Virus record (IMG/VR): IMGVR_UViG_3300005573_001627 | DNA: 44,292 nucleotides | Strand: one strand, 5' to 3' | Origin: a virus | Taxonomy: Duplodnaviria; Heunggongvirae; Uroviricota; Caudoviricetes | In this document: piece by piece, positions 36,911 to 44,292 of the stretch | Position numbering within the stretch: position 1 is the stretch's first letter | Layout: each line of letters opens with the position of its first letter | Position numbers and translations under genes: made by a program | Notes under the pieces: model-generated | The model's database searches: none | The model's input: only the letters and a program-made list of their open reading frames with translations | What the model was told of the DNA's origin: nothing

Positions 36911-37302
36911 AACCAATAGAACTTTTACCAAGATTAGAAGAACTGCAAAAACAAAAATATCAAGTTTATGGGATTACTACCGAAACGAAAATGTTAGAGC
37001 AGTATCAATATGATAATTGCGTAGTGGCTTATGTAAAAAATTGTTTAGGAACTATCTTTGTCATTAAAGGAAGCAAGATTTTTATGGGGTTTATACTTAC
37101 GGAGAAGAAGATAAGGGGTTGTTCATTATTCAGAATTAGTTTATGGGAAAGTTGTAAATTGCTTAATCATAAATGCGAGAAAGACAGATTACATATTATT
37201 AATCCTGAACTATGGGCGAGATTTCAAGATAAAATCGCTTTGATGGAATTGAATGATACAGAAAAAGCGTTGGATTATCGTGGGAGAAGTTATTATGACT
37301 AA
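36907..37302 (+). CDS. Hypothetical protein with near-C-terminal ALxEL tag
   Basis: WARFQDKIALMELND. Confidence 0.7.
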   Translation: MKPIELLPRLEELQKQKYQVYGITTETKMLEQYQYDNCVVAYVKNCLGTIFVIKGSKIFMGFILTEKKIRGCSLFRISLWESCKLLNHKCEKDRLHIINPELWARFQDKIALMELNDTEKALDYRGRSYYD

Positions 37303-37519
37303 AATTGATATTTGCGAATTTAGATGTTGGTGTGAATTTTGCAGAATAGGTATTGAAAAGGGAGAGCATTATTTGGATTTACGCAAAAAGGCGAGGAAAG
37401 GAGAAACAAGAGTAAATATCTGTGCAAGATGTTTAACAGAATTTGCAAAACAGATACCCAAACAAGATATTAAAGCAGTTGAAAATAGATTAGCATTAAA
37501 AGAATTGGAGAAAATATGA
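37295..37519 (+). CDS. Zn-finger protein with C-terminal ALxEL tag
   Basis: CEFC...CARC; ends VENRLALKELEKI. Confidence 0.75.
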   Translation: MTKIDICEFRCWCEFCRIGIEKGEHYLDLRKKARKGETRVNICARCLTEFAKQIPKQDIKAVENRLALKELEKI

Positions 37520-37659
37520 AGAAAGGAAAAAAAATTATTCGCTTTGGAGAAGTTAGAAATGAGTGTTGGAATTGTGGGAATTATCCAAGAGAGATTAATC
37601 CAAAGGGGGATAAAGGTTATTATAAATGTGAATTTTGTGGCGTGGTTATGCACAAATAA
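37516..37659 (+). CDS. Zn-ribbon microprotein (47 aa, CWNCG...CEFCG)
   Basis: Manual translation; ATGA overlap. Confidence 0.65.
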   Translation: MKKGKKIIRFGEVRNECWNCGNYPREINPKGDKGYYKCEFCGVVMHK

Positions 37660-37661
37660 AA

Positions 37662-37985
37662 ATGGAAGATAAACAAATAAAAGCAGAAATTGAAAGGCAG
37701 TTAGACGACTTTGAAAATTGGATTTCAAAAGAAATCAATAAAGAATTACAAGAATACAAAAAGAAAAATGATGGCGAGGGTGCAAATGCTTTTGTCAATA
37801 ATATTATGCTTAAGATGTTCTCATTATTAGTTAAAATGGAACAACAGGGCAAAAAGATTGGAAAAAGTGAAGAAGCAATAAAAAAAGTAATGATGAGTTA
37901 CCGAGAAGAAATCAAAAAATTTATTCCTGTTCTTAAATCTGAAATTGAAAAAATTAGGCAAAAAGGGGTGGCTTATATTGGTTAA
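37662..37985 (+). CDS. Hypothetical helical protein
   Basis: ORF track, internal ATG. Confidence 0.7.
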   Translation: MEDKQIKAEIERQLDDFENWISKEINKELQEYKKKNDGEGANAFVNNIMLKMFSLLVKMEQQGKKIGKSEEAIKKVMMSYREEIKKFIPVLKSEIEKIRQKGVAYIG

Positions 37986-37986
37986 A

Positions 37987-38418
37987 ATGGATTATGAATT
38001 ATGGATAAAAACTGAAATTTATAGGAATGATGATGGAGAATTAGAAAGAAAGAAGAAAGAATTTTATCTTGTTGCAGAAACCGAAGAAGAAAATAATAAA
38101 TTTCACGAGCATATGGCTGATGAGCAAGGTTATCAAGACTATAATTTTGAAGTTGATTTCAAAAGAATTGGAATTTTTGATGAACAGGCATTACTTAAAT
38201 TAATTCAACTTATCCAAAACAGATTAGCGTTGGAAGAATTAGAGAAAGGGATAGAGAAAGAAAAGAAATGTTATAATTGTGGAAAAATGACTACTGAAAA
38301 AATGTATTATTGGTATCACGCTGACCAAGATGATTTGGTTTGTAAGGAGTGTGCAAAGGAACTGAAACATACAGACACCTGTTATGCAGGTTCTTTGGTG
38401 TTAAAAAATGAAAACTGA
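37987..38418 (+). CDS. Hypothetical protein with internal ALxEL tag and C-terminal Zn finger
   Basis: IQNRLALEELEK followed by CYNCG...CKEC. Confidence 0.75.
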   Translation: MDYELWIKTEIYRNDDGELERKKKEFYLVAETEEENNKFHEHMADEQGYQDYNFEVDFKRIGIFDEQALLKLIQLIQNRLALEELEKGIEKEKKCYNCGKMTTEKMYYWYHADQDDLVCKECAKELKHTDTCYAGSLVLKNEN

Positions 38419-38571
38419 AATTGTTTTATGTGATAGTTGCAAAGAGCAGGTTGCAAAGCGAATATTAAAGATTTATTATCCAAGAACAAAGAAAAAGAAA
38501 ATAAGAAATTTGTTCAGATGATAATTAGATACTTAAAAGATAATGTGGCTTTAGAGGAGTTGGAAAAATGA
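38408..38571 (+). pseudogene. Apparently frameshifted small gene ending in an ALxEL tag
   Basis: Frame 1 MKTEIVLCDSCKEQVAKR...; shifted frame ...NIKDLLSKNKEKENKKFVQMIIRYLKDNVALEELEK* with ATGA coupling to the next gene. Confidence 0.45.
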
Positions 38572-38714
38572 AAAAGAAAAATTTTATTGTAGGTTGTGAA
38601 GAATTAGAAGATGGGATGACAATAAAAGCAAAGGATTTAGATGACGCAAGAGCAATAGTTAATGAAATGATAGATATTCACGAAATAGATGATGAGGGGG
38701 AATTTATTGATTAA
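38568..38714 (+). CDS. Acidic microprotein (48 aa, IKAKDLDDAR motif)
   Basis: Manual translation. Confidence 0.6.
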   Translation: MKKKNFIVGCEELEDGMTIKAKDLDDARAIVNEMIDIHEIDDEGEFID

Positions 38715-38715
38715 A

Positions 38716-39492
38716 ATGCCAAACTATGTTTATGGAACATTAAGCGTGTCAGGAACAAAAGGAGAAGTCCAAAAGTTTAAAGAATATGCTCAAAGCGAAG
38801 AAGAAAGTTTTGATGATATAACTATGAAAACTGAAAAATGGACACAAAAATTGGATATGAATAAATTTATTCCTTATCCAAAGAAATTCAAAGTCATAGA
38901 TGATAAAGTCAAAAAGTTTTATGAGAGTTACAAAAAAGTAAAACAAAAAGTAGAGAAAGGAGAAAAATTAACCAAGAAAGAGCAGAAACAGGCACGAGAA
39001 CTTGCTTTGTTAGAATTAGAAGGGAAAGGAAGCAAACCTCATTATAAAGGAAGCGATGGATTTAATAGTGGGGGTTATGAATGGTGTGTTCAGAATTGGG
39101 GAACAAAATGGAATTTTGGAGATGTTGAAATTCAGGATAAAGAAAACGCACTTGATTATAGTTTTACTACTGCGTGGAGTGTTCCTATGCCTATCTTATT
39201 CAAAATGAGTAAGATGTTTCCTAATTTAATTTTTAATTATTCTGGAGATGAAGAAAGCGAGGAATTTCAAGTAGAATATGAATTTAAAGAGGGCAAGATG
39301 AAAGTAATTGAAGAAAAAAATTGGAGTGATATTCAGATTGAGAAAATCCAAGATGGTGAAGATTTAGATTATTTTGAAGATGATGTTAAAGAAGAATTAG
39401 AAAAACATAAAGGACACAAGATTATTTTTGAAGATGATAAATTTATGTGCGTAAATTGTGCTAAAACAATTTGGGATACAAAAGCAAAATGA
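38716..39492 (+). CDS. DUF1281/YubB ferredoxin-like family protein with inserted ALxEL-bearing helix
   Basis: MPNY, GYEWCVQNWGTKWN, FTTAWSVP, FPNLIF are hallmark motifs; RELALLELEGK in the insert. Confidence 0.8.
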   Translation: MPNYVYGTLSVSGTKGEVQKFKEYAQSEEESFDDITMKTEKWTQKLDMNKFIPYPKKFKVIDDKVKKFYESYKKVKQKVEKGEKLTKKEQKQARELALLELEGKGSKPHYKGSDGFNSGGYEWCVQNWGTKWNFGDVEIQDKENALDYSFTTAWSVPMPILFKMSKMFPNLIFNYSGDEESEEFQVEYEFKEGKMKVIEEKNWSDIQIEKIQDGEDLDYFEDDVKEELEKHKGHKIIFEDDKFMCVNCAKTIWDTKAK

Positions 39493-39899
39493 CAAGACAA
39501 ACAGGAAAAAACTATTGTGGTTATGCGTATTGTGAATTAAAAAAAATTGATATAGATAAAGTTAAGGTTGTAAAAGATAAAGAAAATCAAAGAGTTTATT
39601 ATAATGGCGTATTGGTTGCAGGGTTGAATATGAGAGATGGAATGTGGGGTTGTACAGATTTCTTTAAATTTATCAAAGAGAAATGGATTTTATATTTCAG
39701 TAAAAAAGGACAAGAGTTTGATAAATTAATTAATCTTACAAAAGAACAAGAAACCCTTTGGAAACAAGATGGTTATCTTATAGAATTTGAAGATGATGAC
39801 AACTGCGAGGATTATATGGATTATGAAGGCACATTAGACGAAGCAAAAAGTTATGCTGATAGTTTCAGAAATAAAAATGGAGTTTATATAATAAAATGA
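39489..39899 (+). CDS. Hypothetical protein
   Basis: ATGA overlaps. Confidence 0.7.
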   Translation: MTRQTGKNYCGYAYCELKKIDIDKVKVVKDKENQRVYYNGVLVAGLNMRDGMWGCTDFFKFIKEKWILYFSKKGQEFDKLINLTKEQETLWKQDGYLIEFEDDDNCEDYMDYEGTLDEAKSYADSFRNKNGVYIIK

Positions 39900-40138
39900 A
39901 ACAGGAAATTAAAGAAAAGGAATTGAAATTAGAAAATTCTGACGAAGAAAATATCTCAATTTGTTATACAAGATATACTCTTAATTGGAAAGACGAAGAA
40001 GAAATTATTGTTACAAGAACTCAAAGGTATAGTGATTTAGTTGGAGAGCAAGATGATGATTTTGAGTTTGAGTTTGATAGGGATTTAACTGATAAAGAAG
40101 AAGAAGAAATAAAGAATTTTATTTGGAATTTAAAATGA
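39896..40138 (+). CDS. Acidic hypothetical protein (80 aa)
   Basis: ATGA overlaps. Confidence 0.7.
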   Translation: MKQEIKEKELKLENSDEENISICYTRYTLNWKDEEEIIVTRTQRYSDLVGEQDDDFEFEFDRDLTDKEEEEIKNFIWNLK

Positions 40139-40356
40139 ACGAAGAAGAAGAAACTAAAATAGAAGAAGAATTTAATGAACTTGTAGAAAATACTACTGAT
40201 GATGAATTTTGGAAATACACGAGAAGTTGGCTTTCAGTTGAAACCATTTTGGATATAATGAGAAATTGGGATATTAAAACCAAGAAAGAAGCAATAACAG
40301 AATTAAAAAAGATAATGGTTCGCTGTCCAAAATGCAAGAGTGATGGATGTCTATGA
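40135..40356 (+). CDS. Hypothetical protein (WKYTRSW...NWD) running into a broken Zn ribbon
   Basis: ORF; C-terminal CPKC lacks its partner CxxC in frame. Confidence 0.6.
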   Translation: MNEEEETKIEEEFNELVENTTDDEFWKYTRSWLSVETILDIMRNWDIKTKKEAITELKKIMVRCPKCKSDGCL

Positions 40357-40413
40357 AAGCGATTTACACCCTTTATTAAATTATAGATGTAATAATTGTG
40401 GAGAGTATTTTAA

Positions 40414-40650
40414 ATGGAAGAACACATAACCCTCTTTGAAGAAGAAATGCAAAGTTTGGAATTAGGAAAAGAAATTTGCATATATGAAAATGAAGATAAA
40501 GATATTACTATTTATCTCAAACAAGGCACGAATAAGGGTTGTGGGAAAAAAGAATTTGAGAGAGTTGAAGAAGATGTTTGGAATATCTGTGGAGAGAATG
40601 GATTTTTATGTGATGAATGTAAGGAGAGTTTAAATGCAGATGGAAAATAA
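40414..40650 (+). CDS. Hypothetical protein with C-terminal Cys cluster
   Basis: ORF track. Confidence 0.65.
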   Translation: MEEHITLFEEEMQSLELGKEICIYENEDKDITIYLKQGTNKGCGKKEFERVEEDVWNICGENGFLCDECKESLNADGK

Positions 40651-41254
40651 AAAATTAAGAGAAATCTTTGAGCATTTTACAGAAATGAGCGATAAGATTA
40701 TTGAAGATAAGAATAGAGGGGGGATAATGCCTGTATGTATTATAATCCAAGAAGATAAGGCAGATGTTATTGGTTTTCCTTTTGGTTCTTATGAAGAAAA
40801 GCGTATGGCGAGAGAGTTTTTATTTAAGGCTATTCTAAACCAAAAAACAAAAGCATATATTCTTATCCAAGACGCTAAAATGACTTGTGTGCAGAAATCG
40901 GATTTAGGAAAAGGTGGAGAAGTAAAAGATGTGGTTATGCGAAGTCTATATTCTCCCAATTTCAAAATAAAAGAGTTTGCTATTTATAATGAAGATGAAA
41001 GGAAAATAATAAGCAAGGAAAAGATATTTGACAGCGAAGAAAAAGATGGAATGGTTGATAAAGAAAAACCTCTCAAGATGGTAGATGAATGGGATTTATG
41101 GGGATTATGTTGGGATAAAGAGGATAATCCTCAATATAAAGAAGTCCAAGAATGGTATGAAAAATGGAAGCGAGATAATGCTGATAAATTTAGTGGGCTT
41201 AATGAAGATGGAAGCCCAAAAAGTGCAGGAGAAAAAAATGACAAAGCAAAGTGA
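40634..41254 (+). CDS. Hypothetical protein (206 aa)
   Basis: ORF track. Confidence 0.8.
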   Translation: MQMENKKLREIFEHFTEMSDKIIEDKNRGGIMPVCIIIQEDKADVIGFPFGSYEEKRMAREFLFKAILNQKTKAYILIQDAKMTCVQKSDLGKGGEVKDVVMRSLYSPNFKIKEFAIYNEDERKIISKEKIFDSEEKDGMVDKEKPLKMVDEWDLWGLCWDKEDNPQYKEVQEWYEKWKRDNADKFSGLNEDGSPKSAGEKNDKAK

Positions 41255-41414
41255 TTTTAAGAAATTACAGAAAGAAAATGAAAAGATAAGAAAAAAAATA
41301 GATGAAATCTTGCAAAGACATTTATCCACGATAGATGATGATTATTCAGATATTAAAGAGTGGATTGATGATTTGGTTGAAAATGAACTACAACAGGAGG
41401 AACTTTGTAAATGA
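41238..41414 (+). CDS. Hypothetical microprotein (58 aa)
   Basis: Internal ATG; ATGA overlap. Confidence 0.6.
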   Translation: MTKQSDFKKLQKENEKIRKKIDEILQRHLSTIDDDYSDIKEWIDDLVENELQQEELCK

Positions 41415-41602
41415 ATAGAGAAGAAATGATAGAAAAATTGATAGAAAAAGATATTGAAAATATCAAAATGAATATGGCTAATGGCGACTATGAGTTTTTA
41501 GATAATATATTAAGAGGAGAAGGTTTTACACCCTATAATCAATTAACAGATGAAGAAATTAAACAAGAATTTGACGAGGAAATTGAAGATGAACTGCCCT
41601 AA
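41411..41602 (+). CDS. Acidic microprotein (63 aa, GFTPYNQLTDEEI)
   Basis: ORF track. Confidence 0.7.
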   Translation: MNREEMIEKLIEKDIENIKMNMANGDYEFLDNILRGEGFTPYNQLTDEEIKQEFDEEIEDELP

Positions 41603-41762
41603 TTGTAATGAAGAAATGGAATATATTGAAACAGATAGTAGGCAAGAGTGGTTTGAAGAAACCTATGCTTGTAATAATTGTCATAAGAACTTTGTAAGGA
41701 GAGTTGAGTTTAAACCACAAAGCGAGTTAGTTGCGAGTGATGAACTTACTGAAATAAAATGA
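41589..41762 (+). CDS. Zn-ribbon microprotein (CPNC...CNNC)
   Basis: Two CxxC motifs. Confidence 0.7.
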   Translation: MNCPNCNEEMEYIETDSRQEWFEETYACNNCHKNFVRRVEFKPQSELVASDELTEIK

Positions 41763-41971
41763 TTTCAGAAAAAGAAAAAAGAAAACTTGCTTTAATGGAA
41801 TTAGAGGGAAAAAAGACAAAGTTTTACAAAATGAAAAAGATTTGGTTTGTTGAAGCAGAAGATATGCATAAAGCAATAGAAAAGATTAAGAGAAGAAAAT
41901 GTGACAATAGCGAATATACACAAATAACATTTAAAGAATATCTATGGGAGAAAAATGGGAGTTTATTATAA
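41759..41971 (+). CDS. Small protein with N-terminal ALxEL tag and VEAED motif
   Basis: EKEKRKLALMELEGKK. Confidence 0.7.
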   Translation: MISEKEKRKLALMELEGKKTKFYKMKKIWFVEAEDMHKAIEKIKRRKCDNSEYTQITFKEYLWEKNGSLL

Positions 41972-42374
41972 AGTTGCTGATTTCACAAATAAGAAGATTA
42001 TAGATGGGTATAGTGCTAAACTCGGAGAATGGGATGGAAATAGTTTTGACCAAGCAGTTGTCGTGAATTATCTTATTAACAATAAAGATTACCCTATTGA
42101 AATAAAATTTGTGGCAGATGAAACAGGAGAGTGGGATGATTGCGATGATGCAGAATTTGAAGATGTTACTGCTGAAATAATTTATAATATGTTTGAAGGT
42201 GGCTATTTTGCAGAATATAATAAGCATATTTGGAACTCAGAATATATTATGAAACATATATTAAGAAAATTTCAAGAAGCAGATATGGAAAATGATTTTC
42301 ACACAATCTGTGATAGAATACCTGAATTTGACGAGTTCAGAAAGAAAATGGTTTGCGAGGAGTTAGCAAGATGA
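41955..42374 (+). CDS. Hypothetical protein (degenerate tag KKMVCEEL at C-terminus)
   Basis: ORF track. Confidence 0.75.
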   Translation: MGVYYKVADFTNKKIIDGYSAKLGEWDGNSFDQAVVVNYLINNKDYPIEIKFVADETGEWDDCDDAEFEDVTAEIIYNMFEGGYFAEYNKHIWNSEYIMKHILRKFQEADMENDFHTICDRIPEFDEFRKKMVCEELAR

Positions 42375-42727
42375 GTTGGGATAATAAAATACCTTTTGAC
42401 AAAAATGGAAATTTAATGCATTATGCTGATAATAATTGGGATAAGGCAGATACTTGGAAAAATAATTATACATTTAAAGATATTTTACATATCAAAGATT
42501 ATGTAAGAGGGCGTTCAGCCGCCTATATTTATTTAATCTCAAAAGACAAAAAAGGATATCCTATGTTCTTGAAAGATTTTTTTGAGATGATACCAAAAGT
42601 TATAATCAAAAATGGAACTATCTATGGTAAATGGACTTTCTGCAAACGAGGGCAGAATTTTGGAATAAAATGGCAACAATCACGAGCATTTGTCCTGAAT
42701 GTTTTTCAAAGAAATTTTACCAATTAA
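42371..42727 (+). CDS. Conserved phage-type hypothetical protein (RGRSAA...YPMF...KRGQNFG)
   Basis: Motifs recognisable from uncharacterised phage proteins. Confidence 0.75.
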   Translation: MSWDNKIPFDKNGNLMHYADNNWDKADTWKNNYTFKDILHIKDYVRGRSAAYIYLISKDKKGYPMFLKDFFEMIPKVIIKNGTIYGKWTFCKRGQNFGIKWQQSRAFVLNVFQRNFTN

Positions 42728-42810
42728 AAGACAAAAGTTGGATTTGTAAGGAATGTGGGTTTAAATACAAAAATGAAAATAATACACTTTCAAGAAAAAA
42801 ACGCAGATAG
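42670..42810 (+). CDS. Overlapping Zn-ribbon microprotein (46 aa)
   Basis: Manual translation MATITSICPECFSKKFYQLKDKSWICKECGFKYKNENNTLSRKKRR. Confidence 0.55.
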   Translation: MATITSICPECFSKKFYQLKDKSWICKECGFKYKNENNTLSRKKRR

Positions 42811-43042
42811 ATATTTTGTCTTTAATTCTGATGAAGAATTAAAAAAGATATTCTTGAAGATTTTAAAGGAAAGGCAAAAGGAAGGATATTTTAATGAGGA
42901 TTATCTTCACAAAGAAAAAGCAACAGAATTAATCAAAAATGGAGAAAAATGTTCTGTTTGGGGATTAAGAGCATTTTTTAATCTCCGAAAAGATTATGAG
43001 TATGAAAATTATGATATTTCAGAAGTGGAGAGCATAAAATGA
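42773..43042 (+). CDS. Hypothetical protein (RKDYEYE motif)
   Basis: ORF; ATGA overlap. Confidence 0.7.
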   Translation: MKIIHFQEKNADRYFVFNSDEELKKIFLKILKERQKEGYFNEDYLHKEKATELIKNGEKCSVWGLRAFFNLRKDYEYENYDISEVESIK

Positions 43043-43530
43043 GTACACGAAGCAATATATTAATAACAGATGGACAAGAAAAACTCTTGTTTTATAAGCA
43101 TAGTGATGGATATCCTACAGGACAAGGCGTACTCTTAAAATATATGCAAGGAATTAAAGATAAAAAACTCCGAGATAATGTTTCGCAAAGTGCAGGGTGG
43201 CTAATAGTATATGGTTATCTTGAAAATCAAGAGGATAGAAAAGATTTCCCACCCTGTCCTGCTTTTGATTGGAAAGTAGGTTCATACGAACCAACTGATT
43301 TTTATGGAAGCGATATTGAATATTTTTATATTTGTGATATTAAAAAAATGCAGATAGAAGTTTTTTCTGCAAATTTCCCTTATGAAGATGAAGATAATAT
43401 CAAAAATCTGCGAGATAAAGAAGAAATAGAAAAAGCAATAAAGAAAGGGTGGTTAAGAAAATTAGGAATAATCAAAGATTTCAAAATGGAAAAGTTAAAA
43501 AGGATAGAGGAGAAAGAAAATGGAGATTAA
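43039..43530 (+). CDS. Conserved phage-type hypothetical protein (MSTRS...YKHSDGYP)
   Basis: Y-x-H-x-DGYP family motif. Confidence 0.8.
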   Translation: MSTRSNILITDGQEKLLFYKHSDGYPTGQGVLLKYMQGIKDKKLRDNVSQSAGWLIVYGYLENQEDRKDFPPCPAFDWKVGSYEPTDFYGSDIEYFYICDIKKMQIEVFSANFPYEDEDNIKNLRDKEEIEKAIKKGWLRKLGIIKDFKMEKLKRIEEKENGD

Positions 43531-43945
43531 AAAGAGAAAAGTTCAAACATATAAAGCACAAGAAGAAGAAATAGAAGTCTATGTATCTGAAGACAAACAA
43601 GAATTTAATAAAAAAGAAGATTGTTTAGCCCACGAAGAAGAATTAAAGATAATTAATTCAATAAAAAAGAAAGAATTAAACATAAACATTTATAACTTTC
43701 CAAGTATCACTTTTTGGTACGCTTCTAATGAAGAACAATTATCTTTTATATTAAAATATCTCGGATGGAATGGAAAATATCAACATACTTATCTTAATGA
43801 TAAAGGTAGTGGAATGTTAAATGTAGGGGATTGGATTGGAGTTCATATTGAGGATGGTGGCGACTATCCTGATGATTACTATTTTTACACTTGGGATTTT
43901 GTAAAAGAGAAAATAAGCAAGGGAATGGAAAACGCTGAAAAATGA
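43520..43945 (+). CDS. Hypothetical protein (141 aa)
   Basis: ORF track. Confidence 0.75.
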   Translation: MEIKKRKVQTYKAQEEEIEVYVSEDKQEFNKKEDCLAHEEELKIINSIKKKELNINIYNFPSITFWYASNEEQLSFILKYLGWNGKYQHTYLNDKGSGMLNVGDWIGVHIEDGGDYPDDYYFYTWDFVKEKISKGMENAEK

Positions 43946-44196
43946 AAAAACAATATTATATAAAAGGCATAATTCAAGATGGCGAGAATGAATATGAAAC
44001 CGACTTCTTGATGGAATGTGAAGAAAAAGACAAAGACAAAGAATTGCATAATTTCCTCAAAGACTTCTTTGGAGAAGAAACCAAACTTGAAGATGGAATT
44101 TATACAAGTTTTTTAAGAAGTATAAGGATAAGAGATATTACTGAAATTCCTAAAGAAGATTTTGAGATTTTAAAAAAATACATATTTTTAATTTAA
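43942..44196 (+). CDS. Hypothetical protein (84 aa)
   Basis: ATGA overlap. Confidence 0.7.
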   Translation: MKKQYYIKGIIQDGENEYETDFLMECEEKDKDKELHNFLKDFFGEETKLEDGIYTSFLRSIRIRDITEIPKEDFEILKKYIFLI

Positions 44197-44197
44197 G

Positions 44198-44292
44198 ATG
44201 AAAGAATATAAATTATTCAATACGGATGGAAAAACCTTTTTTGATTTCAGAAGCGAACCCGATAGCAGATGTGAGGGGTTTACACTGACTTA
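44198..44292 (+). CDS. Partial CDS running off the window
   Basis: ATG at 44198, open to the end. Confidence 0.5.
   Translation, partial: MKEYKLFNTDGKTFFDFRSEPDSRCEGFTLT

Larger units (their letters stand above)
1..44292. mobile_element. Spindle-shaped archaeal virus/provirus genome segment (both ends outside window)
   Basis: SSV1 VP1-like capsid gene, morphogenesis-type ATPase, tyrosine recombinase, glycoprotein virion module, and 19 kb of co-oriented small overlapping early genes; no host housekeeping genes seen. Confidence 0.85.

Noticed and set aside
25277-42227. Minus-strand ORFs in the early region (e.g. 29856-30200, 37369-37728, 41931-42227)
   Set aside because: Antisense to a continuous tiling of coupled plus-strand genes; F/L/S-rich as expected for the reverse complement of A-rich coding DNA
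23799-44292. Integron-like cassette array (recombinase followed by many small co-oriented genes)
   Set aside because: Genes are coupled by ATGA/TAATG overlaps with no attC-like palindromes between them, the 20-bp motif occurs only five times, and the recombinase lacks the IntI insertion

Overview
The whole window reads as part of a large, probably new, spindle-shaped (lemon-shaped) archaeal virus or provirus; both ends run off the window. The left half (<1-20232, minus strand) is a virion module. It holds an SSV1 VP1-like two-helix major capsid protein (20002-20232), a second capsid/pilin-like paralogue, a 2844-aa sequon-rich fibre with a LamG domain and about four internal super-repeats, other secreted or membrane glycoproteins, and a 1738-aa basic Pro-rich protein. 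A divergent promoter region at about 20270-20400 starts the plus-strand half. This half has a P-loop morphogenesis-type ATPase with a C-terminal HTH, a minimal tyrosine recombinase flanked by two lox/dif-like 28-bp sites, and an iteron/AT-rich origin-like region. About 19 kb of tightly packed early genes follow, under a 20-bp promoter-associated motif present in 5 copies. The early region encodes a Ku-like protein and a minimal ATP-dependent DNA ligase (candidate viral NHEJ), a MoxR AAA+ ATPase, a HEXXH-metallopeptidase/vWA protein, a DUF1281-like protein and many Zn-finger microproteins. The most striking unexplained signal is a short helical peptide tag, [LVI]-A-L-x-E-L, shared by eight otherwise unrelated small proteins or reading frames, all downstream of the MoxR gene. 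It may be a docking tag for a virus-encoded AAA+/vWA-peptidase machine. An archaeal host is supported by TATA boxes, GGAGG/GGTGA RBSs, the capsid type and dense N-X-S/T sequons; a DPANN-like host is only an inference. No replicative polymerase, tRNA, CRISPR array or reverse transcriptase was seen. All family assignments come from motif recognition by eye, not database searches.
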